A stretch of 64,000 nucleotides of DNA, from assembly GCA_045159875.1 (NCBI GenBank), contig CP067995.1, positions 2,496,001 through 2,560,000 on the forward strand, given 5' to 3'. The DNA is from a cyanobacterium endosymbiont of Rhopalodia gibba (GTDB lineage: Bacteria > Cyanobacteriota > Cyanobacteriia > Cyanobacteriales > Microcystaceae). The position numbers and the translations under genes are program-made. Position 1 is the first letter of the stretch; each line of letters begins with the position of its first letter. A model generated the notes under the pieces. The model was not told the origin of the DNA. It did no database searches and saw only the letters and a program-made list of their open reading frames with translations. This document shows, piece after piece, positions 60,284 through 64,000 of this stretch.

Positions 60284-61899
60284 AACGTGAGTTCGACTAG
60301 ATCTAAAAAAAATTGTTGTTATTCTCAATATATAAGTAACTCTACGATAGAGTTGACGATTATCTAAAATAGTAACCGCCAATAATTAGGACTACAATTG
60401 CTTTTAAAAGACGGCAGTGAACAAGGACAGCCCTAGCCTTTAACCCCGAATCGAGAAAAAGGTTTTTAAGTAGATAAGTATAAGTTATCAGATTGAACAC
60501 TTGAGACATCAAAGTGTTCAATCTAATGGCAGTTTTCAATTGAGGAGCTCACAATAACAACACAGTAGAAACTAGATTAATTATGTATTCATCAGTTATT
60601 AAATCAATCGCTTTATTGATAGACTAATTGAGTCCTTTAATAATTTTTTTGAGTAAGTAAATATTCTTTGATTTTTTCTAACAGTTATTAATAAAATTTA
60701 AATCAGGATAATAAACAGATAAAATATCACTTTTGCTTTTATATATTCCATTAACTATCTAAATTGTTGGTGTAAATACTTTCACTGCTAAAATAAAAAT
60801 AGTTTTTTATTTGTCCACTGTTCAATAGTAAAAAAATTTTACAGAACTAATATAGAGATAAATATAATTAACATAATATTTATCTATTTTTTACTTTAAT
60901 TATTATTTTACAGTAACAAATTTATAGTTAGTTTTACTCCAGTTTTAAATATTAAAACTAGACATAAAAGTTTGATTTTTATCTATATAAATTTTTAATA
61001 TTTGACGGATTTGTTTGGATATGTTTAAGTTTTTAGACCCATTAACACAGGCTAGTAAGACTAACTTTAACCCCTAGTTTTTTTACAGGTAAATATTTAG
61101 TTATCACAAAGTAATATCGTTGTTTTTCTTGAAGAATTGTTCTAAAAAAATTTATATTATATATCTTTTTAATTGGATAATTCTAAACATATGCAGAAAA
61201 TAAATTATCCTGTATATCTATACAAGAAGCTATCATAGCTCAATTTATATTAATTTAACTATATCTTCTAATTTTTTTAGTAAAAAAAAATATATATAAA
61301 TACTTTAGCTAAACCATATTTAGCTTAAATATACTTCCGGCAATTTTATGAGTTTAATTTGATGCCATTACACTTCTATTACATTTAGTTAGTTATAGAC
61401 TATAAATTGTTTAAAAAATCTATATGATCATTTGTTTAGCTTTATCTTCTGTCTATTTATTTAAACCCTCAATTTTTTGAGTTTTTGTTAAAAACCAAAT
61501 TATTTTTTATCTTGACTTTTTTTCTTTCGATTTTTAGCTTTTTTTTAGAAGATTACAAATTTTTCAGGTAGTTAATTTTATTTTTTAAAAAAAGTATTAC
61601 ATAATAATTAGCTATAATAAGTTATTTTCTTCTTTCTAAGAACTTATATATATATTTTATATCTTACTCAATTTAAGTTTCTTCTCTTTTGAAGAAATTT
61701 TATGCTCTTTTTCTATTTTAGATGATCTATCTAAAAATTATTTTTTTTATATTTTTTGATGTTTTGATCATCTCTAATTTTTTAATTTTTTATCATATTT
61801 TAATATGATATTTCTACTTTTGTTATTGCTATGAAGAAAATTTTTAGGTCAGTATTGAATTTTGATAATTCTTGCTATTCTAATGATGATAGCTAAATT

Positions 61900-62310
61900 T
61901 TCAAATGGGCCAATATCTAACAGTAACTTTTTAAAAATTATTTTTTATACTAATTTAGGCTTACTTACTTAAGTTAGTTATTAACTATTTTATTTAAAAA
62001 ACACTTACTAAATTGAATTTGATTAGTCAGTCTCACTAACTTTTGAACAATATATTCTCGGGCTATAAATGTTTTCCTTGAATATAGTTTGAGATAGGGT
62101 TACGGTAATCCATGTTTCTTGGAGTTCACTTTAAAGTTAATCCGGGGTTGTTTTTAATTAAATAACGATATTTATTTAGCTAGATGAGAAAATAATTTTT
62201 TCTAATAAGAAAGAATCTGCTAACGTGTAAAATTATGTAAAGTTCTTTAAAGGTGCAATGTCCTGATCGAGGAAAAGTGATTGCAACAGCTATAATTTTT
62301 TTTCAACAAA
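61900..62310 (-). pseudogene. Possible sulfotransferase-like remnant
   Basis: Minus strand VAITFPRSGH and later YRNPI; very degraded. Confidence 0.3.
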
Positions 62311-62511
62311 GATAGTTCCTTTTTTCTTTAAAAAGTTTTGTAAATTGAGGAACGAAATGACAGTAATACTCAAATCTTTGATGCAATCAATTTTGCTTAA
62401 AAATACTATCGAGACGATATTTTAAAGCCATGGCACTAGACCTTAATAAATACCACTTTTAGTTAGAATAGAGCTGCTGTTTCCTCGTCTCTCTATAACT
62501 TTTTATCAAAT

Positions 62512-62988
62512 TCAAGTTTCATAAACGTCATCAGAAGGTAAATTAGGTTGTTGAGAAGCTTCAACCGCGAGGTGATCGCAATATTCATTTTCTGGGTGTC
62601 CGGCATGACCTTTAACCCAAACAAAATTAACCTGATGCTTTTCGCATAAGTCCAGTAATTGTTGCCAAAGATCAGGGTTTTTAGCAGATTCTTTTTTGTT
62701 GCGTTTCCAACTGTTGTCCCGCCATTTTTTCGCCCATCCTTTAGTGATAGCATCAACTAAGTAGCGAGAGTCAGTATAAAGAGTAACATCACATTTTGTG
62801 TTAAGAGTTTCTAGCCCAACAATTGCCGCCATCATTTCCATACGATTATTGGTAGTTAAACGAAAACCTCCTGATAATTTTTTTCGGTATTCGTTGTAAA
62901 TTAAAATGGTTCCATAGCCCCCTGCACCAGGATTTCCTGAACAAGCTCCATCCGTATAAATTAAGACTTTTTTGAGAGAATTATTCAT
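62512..62988 (-). CDS. rnhA: Ribonuclease HI
   Basis: [41 protein letters not shown]. Confidence 0.97.
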   Translation of the reverse strand: MNNSLKKVLIYTDGACSGNPGAGGYGTILIYNEYRKKLSGGFRLTTNNRMEMMAAIVGLETLNTKCDVTLYTDSRYLVDAITKGWAKKWRDNSWKRNKKESAKNPDLWQQLLDLCEKHQVNFVWVKGHAGHPENEYCDHLAVEASQQPNLPSDDVYET

Positions 62989-63018
62989 AACTTAACCACT
63001 TCTTCTATTAATTGACTG

Positions 63019-63040
63019 AAAAAAGTCCGCCAAGGCGGAC
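63019..63040 (-). terminator. Intrinsic terminator after amt
   Basis: gtccgcc-tt-ggcggac followed by six T on the minus strand. Confidence 0.75.
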
Positions 63041-63072
63041 GTAGTTGATACTTTTCTTAGAAAAGATTTAAA

Positions 63073-64000
63073 TTAAACTCCAGGACCTGTATCGACATCA
63101 ACGTCACTAATAGTAATGCTTTGTCTACCAGCAAAACTATCGGATTCCTTAACGAAACCATGATAAGCTTCCATGCCATGTTCACCTATATCTAGTCCGT
63201 TTATTTCCTCTTCTTGAGTAACACGGATGCCCAAAGTGACCTCAAGAACTATCCAAACTACACCACTGAAAATGACAGTAAAGACTCCAATGGAAATGAT
63301 ACCAACAATTTGATTAATTAATTGGCCAATACCGCCGCCATAAAAAAGACCAACTTTTGTGTTAAAAAAACCAACTGCTAAAGTTCCCCAAATTCCGTTA
63401 ACTAAATGAACAGAAATAGCCCCAACAGGATCATCAATTTTTACAACAGAGTCAAAGAAATCAACAGAGTAAACGACAATCACTCCGGCGATTGCTCCGA
63501 TAACAACAGCTCCGAAATAGGACACTCCATCACAACCGGCAGTAATTCCTACTAAACCGGAAAGAATACCATTGATAATCATGGGAAGATCCGGTTTTCC
63601 ATTCTTAAACCAAGCGACCAAAGTAGCCGCTACACCACCACCAGCCGCAGCTAGGTTAGTGGTAACAGCAATGTAAGGAACCATTTCATCGGCTGCTAAT
63701 TGAGAACCTGAGTTAAACCCAAACCAGCCAATCCAAAGAATGAGACAGCCCAAGGTAGCAATACTCATATTGTGGCCAGGAATAGTTTGAGGACGACCAC
63801 AGACATACTTACCCATTCGAGGACCAAGAACCGCAGCCCCAACCAAAGCAGCCCAACCTCCGACGGAGTGAACCACTGTAGAACCTGCAAAGTCTTTGAA
63901 GTTACCTAACCAGCCACCTCCCCAAACCCAGTGGCCAGTGACAGAATAAGAGATTGCTACTAAGAATAGACTGAAAATTAAAAAGTCAATAAATTTAATC
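63073..64000 (-). CDS. amt: Ammonium transporter (5' part lies beyond the window)
   Basis: [48 protein letters not shown]. Confidence 0.96.
   Translation of the reverse strand, partial: IKFIDFLIFSLFLVAISYSVTGHWVWGGGWLGNFKDFAGSTVVHSVGGWAALVGAAVLGPRMGKYVCGRPQTIPGHNMSIATLGCLILWIGWFGFNSGSQLAADEMVPYIAVTTNLAAAGGGVAATLVAWFKNGKPDLPMIINGILSGLVGITAGCDGVSYFGAVVIGAIAGVIVVYSVDFFDSVVKIDDPVGAISVHLVNGIWGTLAVGFFNTKVGLFYGGGIGQLINQIVGIISIGVFTVIFSGVVWIVLEVTLGIRVTQEEEINGLDIGEHGMEAYHGFVKESDSFAGRQSITISDVDVDTGPGV

Overview
AT-rich DNA from a unicellular cyanobacterium of the Crocosphaera/Cyanothece type, in an advanced state of genome decay. About 26 intact housekeeping genes (crtP-crtB, ispE, ruvX, pepP, ilvC, chlD, hemL, ftsH3, sigG plus anti-sigma, aas, rnhA, amt, several transporters) and one tRNA-Thr(UGU) are separated by long non-coding stretches. 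Manual six-frame reading resolves much of that DNA into about 14 pseudogene loci (cruF-cruG, gpsA, a FAAL-ACP-thioesterase gene, an adhA-like gene, M16 peptidase, GT4, Uma2, YqiA esterase and others) and eroded IS630, IS982 and IS605 relics. This pattern suggests an obligate endosymbiont such as a rhopalodiacean diatom spheroid body (inference, not confirmed). The best lead is an unannotated, GC-richer, multi-branched ~175-nt structured RNA a few bases upstream of tRNA-Thr on the same strand. Also notable: many unrelated long palindromes in dead DNA (one overwrites pseudogene codons), a 12-bp tandem expansion in the ChlD linker, and retained sugar and solute transporters beside lost biosynthetic genes. 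All family calls come from recognising translated motifs by eye; no searches were run, and pseudogene boundaries are approximate.
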